Positions 1 to 9,415 of a stretch of DNA of 64,000 bases are shown in pieces (position 1 is the first letter of the stretch; each line of letters opens with the position of its first letter). The stretch is from an uncultured Acidobacteriota bacterium. Its GTDB lineage: Bacteria > Acidobacteriota > Polarisedimenticolia > J045. Made by a program: the position numbers and the translations under genes. The notes below the pieces were generated by a model that was not told the origin of the DNA, did no database searches, and saw only the letters and a list, made by a program, of their open reading frames with translations. The stretch is taken from positions 320,001 to 384,000 of the forward strand of contig CAVPCQ010000006.1 in the NCBI GenBank assembly GCA_963702425.1. The letters are read 5' to 3'.

Positions 1-1347
1 GAGCGGGTATCGCCCGGCCAGGGCGTAGGCGTTGCCGAGGTTGTTGTGGGCTCCGGCGTGCGCCGGGTTGACGCGGACCGCGGCCTCCCACGCCGCGATG
101 GCAGCCGGGAGGTTTCCGGATGAGGCCTCGAGCTGGCCGAGGTTGTAGAGGGCCGAGGCGTTCGTCGGGTCGGCGGCGACCATGCTCTCGTAGAGCTGCC
201 GATCGTCCAGCCAGACCTGCGCGCGGAGCGCTGAGCGAACTCCCAGGGCCGCGACGACGAGCAGGACGACCACCATCGCCAGGCGCAGGTGGCGTGCGGC
301 GAGCGCGTGCCAACCGGCCGCGAGCAGGAGCACGAAACCGAGCAGCGGGATGTAGAGGTAGCGCTCGGCCACCGGCGCGCTCGGGATCGGAACGAGATTC
401 GAACCGGGCAGCAGGGCGAGGAGCAGCCAGAGGCTCGCCGCGCGGAGCGGCTCGGGGGCGCGCCGCGCCACGGCCGCCCAGCCCAGCGCGCCGAGCGCGG
501 CCAGAACCGCGGCCAGCTTCGGGATCGAGAACGCCGTCGCCGCGGGCCCGTACGCGGCGTTGAGCGGGACCGGCCACGCCAGGATCCGCAGCGACTCGTA
601 GAGCGACCCCACGACCAGCCGCGCGTGCGCCGCAAGGTCGCCGGCCCCGGCCGCGGGCGCGACGGCGCCCAGCACCGCCGCACGCAGCAGCAGGTACCCG
701 CCGAGCAGCGCGAAGAAGAGGCCGAGCACGGGGGGGCGCGTCTTGAGGCGGGGATCCCGGGCGAGCAGAGCGAGACCGAGCAGGAACGGCGGCAGGACGA
801 CCGCCGGCTCCTTGCTCAGCAGCGCCGCGGCGAACAGCCCCAGCGCGGCCGCGGTCGCGAGCGGCGTCCGGCGCAGCAGCGCCAGCAGCGCCCCCAGCAG
901 ACCCGCGGCGCACAGCAGGTTGTTGCGCGCGGTGACGAAGGCGACGGCCTCGACCGTCGCCGGGTGGACGGCGAAGAGCAGCGCCGCCACGAAGCCGAGC
1001 CGCTCGTCCCCGAAGGCCCGCGCCACCAGCGCATAGAGCAGGAGCACGACGGCCGCGTGCAGCAGCAGGCTGGTCAGCCGCCACCAGAAGGGGTCGAGGC
1101 CGAAGAGCCGATAGTTTGCGAGAAAGCTCAGCGTCGTCAGTGGGCGGTAGTAGGGCGTGGCCCCGTGGTAGAGCCCGGTGTCGGACGAGGCGAGGATCGT
1201 CGCCGCGCTGCCGGACGCGGCGAAGAACGGGGCCTTGGCGACGATCAGCTCGGCGTCGTCCCAGACGAAGCGGCCGGCGAGGCTCGCGCCGTAGACCGCG
1301 AGGACGACGCCGATGAGGACGAGGACGGGGAGGGCCCGGCTGCGCAT
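1..1347 (-). CDS. TMTC-like membrane glycosyltransferase (GT-C) with C-terminal TPRs, copy 1; 3' end runs off the window
   Basis: Not in the ORF track because there is no stop in the window. Manual translation from ATG 1347: MRSRALPVLVLIGVVLAVYGASLAGRFVWDD..YYRPL..LLFAVHPATVEAVAFVTARNNLL..ERYLYIP..VWLDD..TPR (AHNNLGNAYA). Confidence 0.85.
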   Translation of the reverse strand, partial: MRSRALPVLVLIGVVLAVYGASLAGRFVWDDAELIVAKAPFFAASGSAATILASSDTGLYHGATPYYRPLTTLSFLANYRLFGLDPFWWRLTSLLLHAAVVLLLYALVARAFGDERLGFVAALLFAVHPATVEAVAFVTARNNLLCAAGLLGALLALLRRTPLATAAALGLFAAALLSKEPAVVLPPFLLGLALLARDPRLKTRPPVLGLFFALLGGYLLLRAAVLGAVAPAAGAGDLAAHARLVVGSLYESLRILAWPVPLNAAYGPAATAFSIPKLAAVLAALGALGWAAVARRAPEPLRAASLWLLLALLPGSNLVPIPSAPVAERYLYIPLLGFVLLLAAGWHALAARHLRLAMVVVLLVVAALGVRSALRAQVWLDDRQLYESMVAADPTNASALYNLGQLEASSGNLPAAIAAWEAAVRVNPAHAGAHNNLGNAYALAGRYPL

Positions 1348-1438
1348 CGGGCGCCATCTTCCCCGCCCTTCTGCGGCGGTGCCAGCACCGGACGGCCGCG
1401 CTCCTCGCATAGACTTCGCCTCGCACCCGGAGGCCGCC

Positions 1439-2752
1439 ATGAGCCGGTCCGTCCCCCGCCGCGCGTTCCTCGGTTCGATGCTCTACCCGGCCGCGCTGGC
1501 CCCGGTCGCGTTCAGCGCGACCGGGCTCGCGCGGGCCTTCGCCGCCGCCGCCGCGGCCGGCCCCGCGCCCGCCGGAGCCGATCCCCTCGCCGGCGACGAG
1601 GCCTTCTGGCGCGAGGTCCAGCAGGCCTTCGCCGTCGACCGCAGTCTGGTCAACCTCAACAACGGCGGCGTCAGCCCCTCGCCACGCCCCGTGCTCGACG
1701 CCCTGTTCCGCGACTGGAGCTACCAGAACACGCTCCCGCCCTACACGATGTGGCAGATCCTCGAGCCGCAGCGCGAAGGGGTCCGGCAGCAGCTCGCGCG
1801 GCTCGCCGGCGCGTCGCCGGACGAGGTCGCGCTGACCCGCAACGCCTCCGAGGCGCTCGAGACGGTCCAGCTGGGCCTGCCGCTGGCCGCGGGAGACGAG
1901 GTCCTGACCACGACCCAGGACTACCCGCGGATGATCACGACCTGGAAGCAGCGCGCGCGGCGCGAGGGGATCGTCCTGAAGCAGTTCCCTCTTCCCGTTC
2001 CGGCCTCCGACCCGGCCCGCGTCGTGGCGCTGTTCGAGGAGAACCTCACGCCGAAGACGAAGGCGATCCTGGTCTCGCACGTGATCTTCCTGACCGGCCA
2101 GGTCATGCCGGTGCGCGAGGTCGTGGCGCTCGGCCGCAGGCGCGGAATCCCCGTCATCGTCGACGGTGCGCACTCGTTCGCCCACCTCGACTTCACGCTG
2201 GCCGATCTCGACTGCGACTACTTCGGAACCAGCCTGCACAAGTGGCTCGCCGCGCCGCACGGGACCGGGATGCTCTTCGTACGGAAGAAACTGGTCCCCG
2301 GCCTCTGGCCGCTGATGCCCGCCGACGAGCAGCAGGACGGCGACATCCGGAAGTTCGAGGAGATCGGCACCCACCCGGCGGCGCCCTATCTGGCGATCGC
2401 CGACGCGATCGCCTTCCACCTGGCGATCGGGCAGCCGCGGAAGCTACAGCGCCTGGTCCACCTGCGCGACCTCTGGGTCGAGCCGCTGAGGGCACACCCG
2501 CAGGTCCGGCTGCACACTGCCCTGGGCCCCGGCCTTGCGGGTGGGATCGCGCTGTTCCAGGTCGAGGGGCTGGAGAGCGGCGAGCTGGTCAAGCAGCTCT
2601 GGGATCGGCACCGGATCTTCACCGTCGCGATCAAGCACGCCGACTTCGAGGGGGTCCGCGTCAGCCCGAGCGTCTACACGACGCCGGCCGAGGTGGAACG
2701 CTTCGTCGACGCCGTCCTGGCCGCCGCGGGAAGTGCACGGCGCGTGGTCTAG
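1439..2752 (+). CDS. Class V PLP aminotransferase (isopenicillin N epimerase / cysteine desulfurase-like) with Tat signal
   Basis: GGAGG RBS before ATG 1439; N-terminal PRRAFLG twin-arginine motif; NLNNGG, VDGAH and SLHKWL (PLP Lys) motifs. Confidence 0.85.
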   Translation: MSRSVPRRAFLGSMLYPAALAPVAFSATGLARAFAAAAAAGPAPAGADPLAGDEAFWREVQQAFAVDRSLVNLNNGGVSPSPRPVLDALFRDWSYQNTLPPYTMWQILEPQREGVRQQLARLAGASPDEVALTRNASEALETVQLGLPLAAGDEVLTTTQDYPRMITTWKQRARREGIVLKQFPLPVPASDPARVVALFEENLTPKTKAILVSHVIFLTGQVMPVREVVALGRRRGIPVIVDGAHSFAHLDFTLADLDCDYFGTSLHKWLAAPHGTGMLFVRKKLVPGLWPLMPADEQQDGDIRKFEEIGTHPAAPYLAIADAIAFHLAIGQPRKLQRLVHLRDLWVEPLRAHPQVRLHTALGPGLAGGIALFQVEGLESGELVKQLWDRHRIFTVAIKHADFEGVRVSPSVYTTPAEVERFVDAVLAAAGSARRVV

Positions 2753-2767
2753 CCTGATCCGGTCCAG

Positions 2768-3592
2768 TCAGCGCGTCGCCACGGCGGCCCCGGCCACGGA
2801 CATCGCGGACGCCGGCTGCGGCGCGGGTCGTCCGAGCGCCTGCTGGACGTCCCAGCGCGGGTGGCCGATGTCGTGGCACCCGAGGCACAGCGCCCGCCGG
2901 CTCTCCGTCGTCGTCAGGGCGCGGTGCGAACCGTAGACGCGGTGGCAGCTGGCGCAGCTCACGCGACCCTCGACGAGCCGGGCCGACGGGCCGATCTCTG
3001 CGGCGGCGCGGTAGACGCCGCCGCGCGTCGGCCGCGCCGAGCCGTAGTCGATGAGCGGGTGCGAGTGGCCGACCTCGATCTGCGGAGGCATCCCCGGGAA
3101 GTCGGGGACCAGTTCGGCCCCGCCGTGACAGGCCAGGCAGCGTTTCGAGAAGTCGTCGACCTCCGGCTCCGTCCCGTCCAGGCCGGCCGGCGCGGGTCCG
3201 GCGAGCCGAGGCCCGCCGTGCACGGTGTCGGGGTACTGCGCGTGCGGCGTGTCCCACGCGCCGCTGGCCGCGCGGTGGCAGCGCGCACAGAGCTCGGGGA
3301 CGGTCACCCGCAGGAAGAAATCGGCGTCGGCGGCCTCGCGCCCTGCAGGGCCGTGCCCGGCGTGGCAGGTCAGGCACGTGACGCGCCCCGCGTCGAGCGG
3401 CAGCCCGGCTGCATCGCCGGAGACTCGACCGAGCACAGGCACGTCGATCGGGTGGGTGGGCATGTCCGACTGGGGGGCGCGCACGTGGCAGGTGACGCAG
3501 AGCTCGCTGCCGTCCGACGCGAGAGCGGGAAGCGGGGCGAGGGCCAGGGCGCACAGCGCCCCGGCGACCGCCACGCGGCCAAGGGTGGCCAT
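2768..3592 (-). CDS. Exported multiheme (6 CxxCH) cytochrome c, doubled-CxxCH type
   Basis: Signal peptide; CVTCH, CLTCH, CARCH, CLACH, CASCH, CLGCH; THP/SHP distal-His motifs. Confidence 0.88.
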   Translation of the reverse strand: MATLGRVAVAGALCALALAPLPALASDGSELCVTCHVRAPQSDMPTHPIDVPVLGRVSGDAAGLPLDAGRVTCLTCHAGHGPAGREAADADFFLRVTVPELCARCHRAASGAWDTPHAQYPDTVHGGPRLAGPAPAGLDGTEPEVDDFSKRCLACHGGAELVPDFPGMPPQIEVGHSHPLIDYGSARPTRGGVYRAAAEIGPSARLVEGRVSCASCHRVYGSHRALTTTESRRALCLGCHDIGHPRWDVQQALGRPAPQPASAMSVAGAAVATR

Positions 3593-3758
3593 GGGTAGGA
3601 AAGCCCCTCCGCGTCCCCGCAGGTCCGACCGTTTCCGACTGGACCGTCACCGAACTTAGGTCCCCGGCGGCGTGGGCGGCAACCGTGGAAACCGGCCGCG
3701 TCCCCGCCTTCCGTCGAGGCCGCGGCCCGATAATGTCCAGGACCCGCGGGGAGGAGCC

Positions 3759-4751
3759 GTGTCCGACGAGCCGCTGAGCGACGAACCGCGTCACCCGATC
3801 CAGGTCGTCGTGCGCCGGACCGGTGTCAGCCAGGACCTGCTGCGGGCCTGGGAGAAGCGCTACGCGGTCGTCGCTCCCGGCCGGACGCGCGGCAGCCACC
3901 GGCTCTACTCCGACGCCGACATCCACCGCCTCGGCCTGGTGCGCGAAGCGCTCGAGGCGGGCCGCCGCATCGGACAGGTCGCCGCGCTGCCGACCGACGA
4001 GCTGGCGGCCCTGGTCGACGCCGACCGGCGCGCGGCGTTCGCGGGGCCGCGGTCGAGGCTGCCGCGCGCGGCGGCGCCTCCGGCGCTGCCGGAGGACCTG
4101 CGCAGGCGCCACGTCGCCGCGTGCCTCGACGCCATTCGCGAGCTCGACGCTCCGCGGCTCGAGGCCGCACTCGAGGAGGCGCGGCTCGCGTTCAGCCTGC
4201 CGCACCTGCTCGAAGGGGTCGTCGGACCGCTGCTCGAGGCGATTGGCGAAAGCTGGCAGCGGGGCGAGCTGCGCCCGTATCACGAGCACATGGCGACCGC
4301 CGTACTGCGCGGCTTCCTGGCCGGGATGCGCGGCAGCTTCCTTGCGGCGGGCAATGCGCCCCTGCTGCTCGTGGCCCTCCCCACCGGCCAGTACCACGAG
4401 CTGTCCGCACTGATGGCCGCCCTCGCGGCGGCGGCCGAAGGGTGGCGCGTGACCCACCTCGGACCCGACCTCCCGGCGGATGACATCGCCGCCGCGGCCC
4501 GCCAGTCGGGCGCGCGGGCGATCGCCCTGGGACTGGTCTTCCCGGCCGACGACCCGGAACTGCCGGGGCAGTTGGAGCGGCTGCGGCGCGCGGTCGGCCC
4601 GTCGCTCCCCGTCCTGGTGTTCGGAGGGGCCGTTCCGGCCTACGCCCGGGCGATCGACGCCATCGGCGCCGCGCAGGTGGCCGGGGTCTCCGCCCTGCGG
4701 GTCGCTCTCGGACGGTTGCGCCGGCCTCCCGAGGTCAGCTCAAGTCGTTGA
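3759..4751 (+). CDS. MerR-family regulator with cobalamin-binding domain (CarH/LitR-like)
   Basis: GAGGAG RBS then GTG 3759; HTH LRAWEKRY..HRLYS; W-x9-EH motif (WQRGELRPYHEH); B12 His in QYHELS; LGPDLP. Confidence 0.88.
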   Translation: MSDEPLSDEPRHPIQVVVRRTGVSQDLLRAWEKRYAVVAPGRTRGSHRLYSDADIHRLGLVREALEAGRRIGQVAALPTDELAALVDADRRAAFAGPRSRLPRAAAPPALPEDLRRRHVAACLDAIRELDAPRLEAALEEARLAFSLPHLLEGVVGPLLEAIGESWQRGELRPYHEHMATAVLRGFLAGMRGSFLAAGNAPLLLVALPTGQYHELSALMAALAAAAEGWRVTHLGPDLPADDIAAAARQSGARAIALGLVFPADDPELPGQLERLRRAVGPSLPVLVFGGAVPAYARAIDAIGAAQVAGVSALRVALGRLRRPPEVSSSR

Positions 4752-4797
4752 TTCAGAGACACTTGCTGGAGGATGCCGCGGCGAACCGCAATTCTCC

Positions 4798-4836
4798 TTG
4801 CCGTCATGTGATCATAGTGATATCATTCTGATTGCT
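4798..4836 (+). promoter_or_regulatory. sigma70-type promoter with an overlapping TGATATCA palindrome (candidate operator of the downstream RHH protein)
   Basis: TTGCCG(4798-4803)-17bp-TATCAT(4821-4826); TGATATCA at 4818-4825 flanked by further TGAT half-sites at 4809 and 4829; AT-rich island in GC-rich DNA. Confidence 0.6.
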
Positions 4837-4853
4837 CACTAGGAGGGGCACCC

Positions 4854-5738
4854 ATGATCCGCGAGAAGGAAGTCCGTCCCGTCACCGGCCTGGCCGCGCT
4901 CGTCGTCCTGCTCGCCGCGCTCGCCGGCTCGATCTACCTGTTCGTCCAGGCGGTCATCGCGCTGGACCGCGGCACGGGCAGCATCCCGATGCTGATCCTC
5001 TGGATCGTGTCGATCGCGGTCTCGTTCATCCTGCTGCTCGGCCTGTTCACGGTCGCGCCGAACCAGGGGGTGGTCCTTCAGCTGTTCGGCCGCTACGTAG
5101 GGACCGCGCGGATCGAGGGGCTGCGCTGGACCAATCCTTTCTACACCAAGAAGAAGCTCTCGCTGCGCGTGCGCAATTTCGAAACCCAGCGACTGAAGGT
5201 CAACGACCTGATGGGCAATCCGATCGAGATCGGCGCGATCGTCGTCTGGCAGGTCGTCGACACCGCGGAAGCGGCTTTCGAGGTCGACGACTACCAGAAC
5301 TACGTCCACATCCAGAGCGAGTCCGCGCTGCGCAGCCTCACCACCCAGTACCCCTACGACGCCCACGAGGAGGGGGTGATGTCGCTGCGCGCCAACATCG
5401 TCGAGATCGCCGAGCACCTCAAGACCGAGATCCAGGACCGGCTGGCCAAGGCCGGCGTGAAGGTGATCGAGGCCCGGATCAGCCACCTCGCCTACGCCGC
5501 GGAGATCGCGGCCGCGATGCTGCAGCGCCAGCAGGCCTCGGCGATCATCGCCGCGCGGCAGAAGATCGTCGACGGCGCGGTCGGGATGGTCGAGATGGCG
5601 CTCGCGCGGCTGGCCGCCAACAACGTCGTGCAGTTCGACGAGGAGCGCAAGGCGGCGATGGTCAGCAACCTGCTGGTCGTGCTCTGCAGCGAGCGCTCGG
5701 CCCAGCCGATCGTCAACGCCGGCTCGATCTACCACTAG
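4854..5738 (+). CDS. SPFH/band 7 domain membrane protein
   Basis: AGGAGG RBS; two N-terminal TM helices; [35 protein letters not shown] and [11 protein letters not shown] motifs. Confidence 0.92.
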   Translation: MIREKEVRPVTGLAALVVLLAALAGSIYLFVQAVIALDRGTGSIPMLILWIVSIAVSFILLLGLFTVAPNQGVVLQLFGRYVGTARIEGLRWTNPFYTKKKLSLRVRNFETQRLKVNDLMGNPIEIGAIVVWQVVDTAEAAFEVDDYQNYVHIQSESALRSLTTQYPYDAHEEGVMSLRANIVEIAEHLKTEIQDRLAKAGVKVIEARISHLAYAAEIAAAMLQRQQASAIIAARQKIVDGAVGMVEMALARLAANNVVQFDEERKAAMVSNLLVVLCSERSAQPIVNAGSIYH

Positions 5739-5750
5739 CCGGAGGCGGCC

Positions 5751-5933
5751 GTGGGCGAGCGGAAGTCGTTCCTGCTGCGCGTCGACGGCGCGCTGCTCGA
5801 CGCGCTGCGCGCGTGGGCGGAGGACGACCTGCGCTCGCTCAACGGCCAGATCGAGTTCGTGCTGCGGGAGGCGCTGAAGCAAGAAGGGGCGCAGGGTCGC
5901 CGAAGGGCCCGCCGCCCCCGAACCCGGCGACGA
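5751..5933 (+). CDS. Small Arc/ribbon-helix-helix DNA-binding protein (end approximate; stop apparently lost by an indel near GGGG 5886)
   Basis: GGAGG RBS; RKSFLLRVDGALLDALRAWAEDDLRSLNGQIEFVLREAL is the typical RHH partner of this SPFH subfamily. Confidence 0.75.
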
Positions 5934-7766
5934 TCAGAAGCCCGCCCCGCGGATCGCGCGCGCCGCCTGCTCCCCGGCCTCTGCGTCGATCCCGGCGAGG
6001 GCCCGCTGCTCGCTCCACGCGAGGTCGGGCCGCCCCTCCCGGACCCGGGCGTAGACGAGCCCGAGGCGCGCTTCCGGATCGCCGGGCGCCAGCGCGATCG
6101 CGCGCTCGAAGGCCTGCGCGGCCCCCGACGGGTCGCCGGTCACGCCGCGGGCCCGGCCGAGCGAGGTCCACGCCGCGGCGAATCCCGGGCGCAGCGCGAC
6201 GGCCCGTTCGAGCGGCGGGATCGCATCCAGCGGCCGGCGCATCAGCAGGAACGTGTAGCCGAGGTTCGCCAGCGCCTCCGGGTAGTCGGGACGCAGCTCG
6301 AGCGCGCGCCGGAAGCTCGCGATCGACTCGTCCCATCGAGCCCTGGCGACCGCGGACCATCCCGAGCTTCATGTGGGCCCCTTCGAGAGCGGGGTCGAGC
6401 GCGATCGCCCGGTCGAGCAGGGCCGCGGCTTCGTCGTACCTCCCCTGCCCCTCCCGCAGGTGCGCCAGGCCGACGAAGCCGTCGGCGTAACGCGGCGAGC
6501 GCGCGACGAGTGCCGCGTAGAGCGCCTCCTCGTCGCGCCAGATCCTCGACTCCCCTGCGCTCAGTGCGGCGCCGGCCAGCGCCGCCACCCCGAGCAGCGC
6601 GGCCACCGCGCGCCGCGCGTGCGAACGCCGTGACCCGCCGCGGCCAGCGCGAGGATCGGCAGGCCGGCCGACGGCAGGTAGAGGAATCGCTCCGCCAGCG
6701 GTGCCCCCGCGTGCGCGGCGATTCCCGCGCTCGGCAACAGGAAGAGCACCGTCCAGGCCGCCGACAGCAACCCGGCGCGCTGCCAGCGTCGCCCCGCCAG
6801 GAGGCACCAGGCGACGACGACGAGGGCCGCGGCCGCAATGGTGAGCGCGCCGAGCCGGACCTGGTCCGGGGTGTGGTACGGCGAGAGCGGCCACGGGAGG
6901 ACCAGCAGCCGGAGCGCGGACAGCAGCACCGCCGGGGCCGCGGCGAGGCGTTCGCCGAGGGGAACCGCCGCGCCGGTCCCGGCGCCGGCCCCGAGCAGCG
7001 GCACACCCGCGACCGCGCCGCGAAGGAGCAGGACCGCGAGGAGCGCGGCGCCGAGACCGGCCAACCAGGCGAATCGGCCTCGCGTGCACCAGGCGCGCGG
7101 CGCGGCCGGCAGCAGCGCGTCCCACGCGACGAGCACGAGCGGCAGCACGAACGCGACTTCCTTCGAGAGGCAGGCCAGCGCGAAGAGGGCGCTCGCCGCG
7201 GCGATCGTCCACGGCCCGCCGCTCCGCTCCGCCGCGCGGTCGCGCAGCCACAGGATCACCGCGCCGAACGCGAAGACCGCGGCCAGCAGGTCGGTCCGCC
7301 CCGAGACGAACGCGACCGACTCGACGTGGACCGGGTGGACGGCGAAGAGCGCGGCCCCCGCCAGCGCGGCCCACGTCTCCACGCCGAGACGGCGCAGCAG
7401 CCGGAAGAGCAGCGCGCTCGCCAGCGCGTTGAGCAGGACGTTCGTGAGGTGGAACGGCCAGGCCGCCCCGCCGCCCAGGGCGCGGTCGAGCCAGAGCGAC
7501 AGCATCGTGACCGGCCGGTAGAAGCCCAGCGGCACCGCGGGATCGAGGCGGAAGTCCGCCCCGAGCACGGCCAGGAGGCCGCCCCCGAGCAGGCGCTCCT
7601 GGAGCACGCCGAGCAGCTTGGGATCGTCCCAGACCAGCCGGTAGCCGAGCGTCGGGGCGAACACGGCGATCGCGATCAGCCCGACGGCGAGCGGCATCCA
7701 CCAGCCGTCGCGAGCGGGGCGCGGGGCAGCCGGCTGCATCACGCTCGGAACCTCCACCTCCGCCAT
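5934..7766 (-). CDS. TMTC-like glycosyltransferase with TPRs, copy 2 (about three frameshifts, near 6620, 6330 and 6240)
   Basis: LVWDD, FYRP, LFAVHPVHVESVAFVSGRTD, LSKE, ERFLYLPS in one frame; IWRDE and TPR repeats continue in other frames to the stop at 5934. Confidence 0.8.
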
Positions 7767-7817
7767 CGCCTCTCCGCGCTTCGCACCCGGGGCCGAGCGA
7801 TGATAGAAGAGTGCGGC

Positions 7818-9411
7818 ATGACCGGTAAACGACGCCTTTCCCGCACCTTCGTGGTGGCTGCCGCGCTGCTGTTCGCCGGAGCCCGGAGCGGCCTGGCCGC
7901 AACCGACCCCGGCACACGCGGCCCCTTCGCGACGGGAAAGCTCAACGCGAACATCCCCGTCACCGCCGGCGCGACGCTCAACGCGGACATCTACTACCCC
8001 GCGAAGGACGGCGGCGTCGACCCGGCCGCGGGCCGCCTGCCGGTCGTGATCTTCGGCCACGGCTTCTCCCGCAACAAGGACCGCTACGACCTCGGCGACC
8101 ACCTCGCGAGCCGCGGCTACCTGACGATCCAGGCCAACTACCCGTGCGGTTTCTCCGGCTGCGACCACTCGAAGAACGCCGACGACATGAGCGCGCAGAT
8201 CGACTGGATCTTCGCCCGGAACGCCGACCCGGCGTCGATCTTCTTCGGGCGGATCGACACCACGAAGGCCGGGACCTCGGGCCACTCGGCGGGCGGTCTC
8301 TGGGCGCTCACCGCGGCCGGGCGCGACCCGCGCGTGATCGCCTCCGCGCCGCTCGACCCGGTCGACAACAACGGGCTCGGCGCGGGCACCCTGCCGCTCG
8401 CGCGCGCGGCGATCGGGATCACCTACTCCGAGCCGTCGAGCTGCAACGCGGACGGCAGCGCCGCAGTCCTCTACGCCGCCGCCGTCCCGCAGAAGCGCGG
8501 CGTGAAGCTGGTCGGCGCCAACCACTGCGACCCCGAGAAGAACAGCGACTTCCTGGGCTGCGGCCTGACCTGCGGCTCCTGGAACGCGACACGCCACCAG
8601 CGCTACCTGCGCTACGTCACCGGCTGGTTCGAGTACTTCCTGCGCTGCGACCGGAGCTACGAGGAGTGGGTCCTCGGGGCCCGCGTCGAGCAGGACCTCG
8701 CCGCCGGGCTGATCACCTACGAAGCCGCGCTCGCGCCCGAACCGCCGACCGGCCTCGCGGCCGCGGCCGACGGCGCGGCGATCGCCGTCAGCCGCGCGGC
8801 GGCCGACCGGTGCGCGTCGATCGCCTTCTGGCGCCTCTTCCGCGGCGCGGCGAGCGGCGGCCCGTACGCGCTGCGGGCCGACGAGCTGCCGGCCGCTTCG
8901 ACCAGCTTCCGCGACGAGGCGGTCGAGCCCGGCCAAACCTATTTCTACGTCGCTCGCGACGTGGCCCGCGACTTCCGGGCGCTCACCGAAAGCCCGGACT
9001 CGAACGAGGCCTCGGCCACCGCCGGCGGCGGCGGGCCCGGTCCGGGCGAGGCCAGCCCGCCGGCGGCGCCGCTGACCGCGCGGCGCGGCAGCGGGGCGCC
9101 GACGGCGATCGAGGTCGCCTATGTCCCCCGCTCCCTGTGCGACCGACCACACGATCTATTGGGCGAGCCGCGCCGGACCGCTCGCCGGGCCGGCATCGTG
9201 GAGCGCGGCGAGCTGCCTGCTCGGCGCCGACGGCAGCGCCTCGTTCGATCCGGGACCGCTCGCTGCCGGCTCGTGGCTCTACTTCGTCGTCGTCGGCAAC
9301 GACGGCGCTCGCGAAGGGTCGTACGGCCGCGATGGGGCGGGCGGCGAGCGCTCGCCGGCCACGGCGCTGCCGGGCTGCGCCTACGCCTACGACCTCGCAC
9401 CCTGCCCGTGA
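7818..9411 (+). CDS. Secreted alpha/beta hydrolase (chlorophyllase/cutinase-like) + FN3-like domain + Cys-ending C-terminal domain (frameshift ~9127)
   Basis: Signal peptide; GPFATG, PVVIFGHGF, GHSAGG nucleophile elbow (8280), LDPVD, GANHCD; FN3-like PEPPTGL..RLFRG..GGPY..FRD..PGQTYFY..ES..SNEA; continues in ORF 9121..9411. Confidence 0.82.
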
Positions 9412-9415
9412 ACCG

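Noticed and set aside
289-2757. Long alternative-frame ORFs (also 17603-20185, 26046-28568, 37064-40027, 49715-52921, 52426-55596, 61388-63196)
   Set aside because: Shadow ORFs typical of very high GC; they overlap genes with clear family motifs
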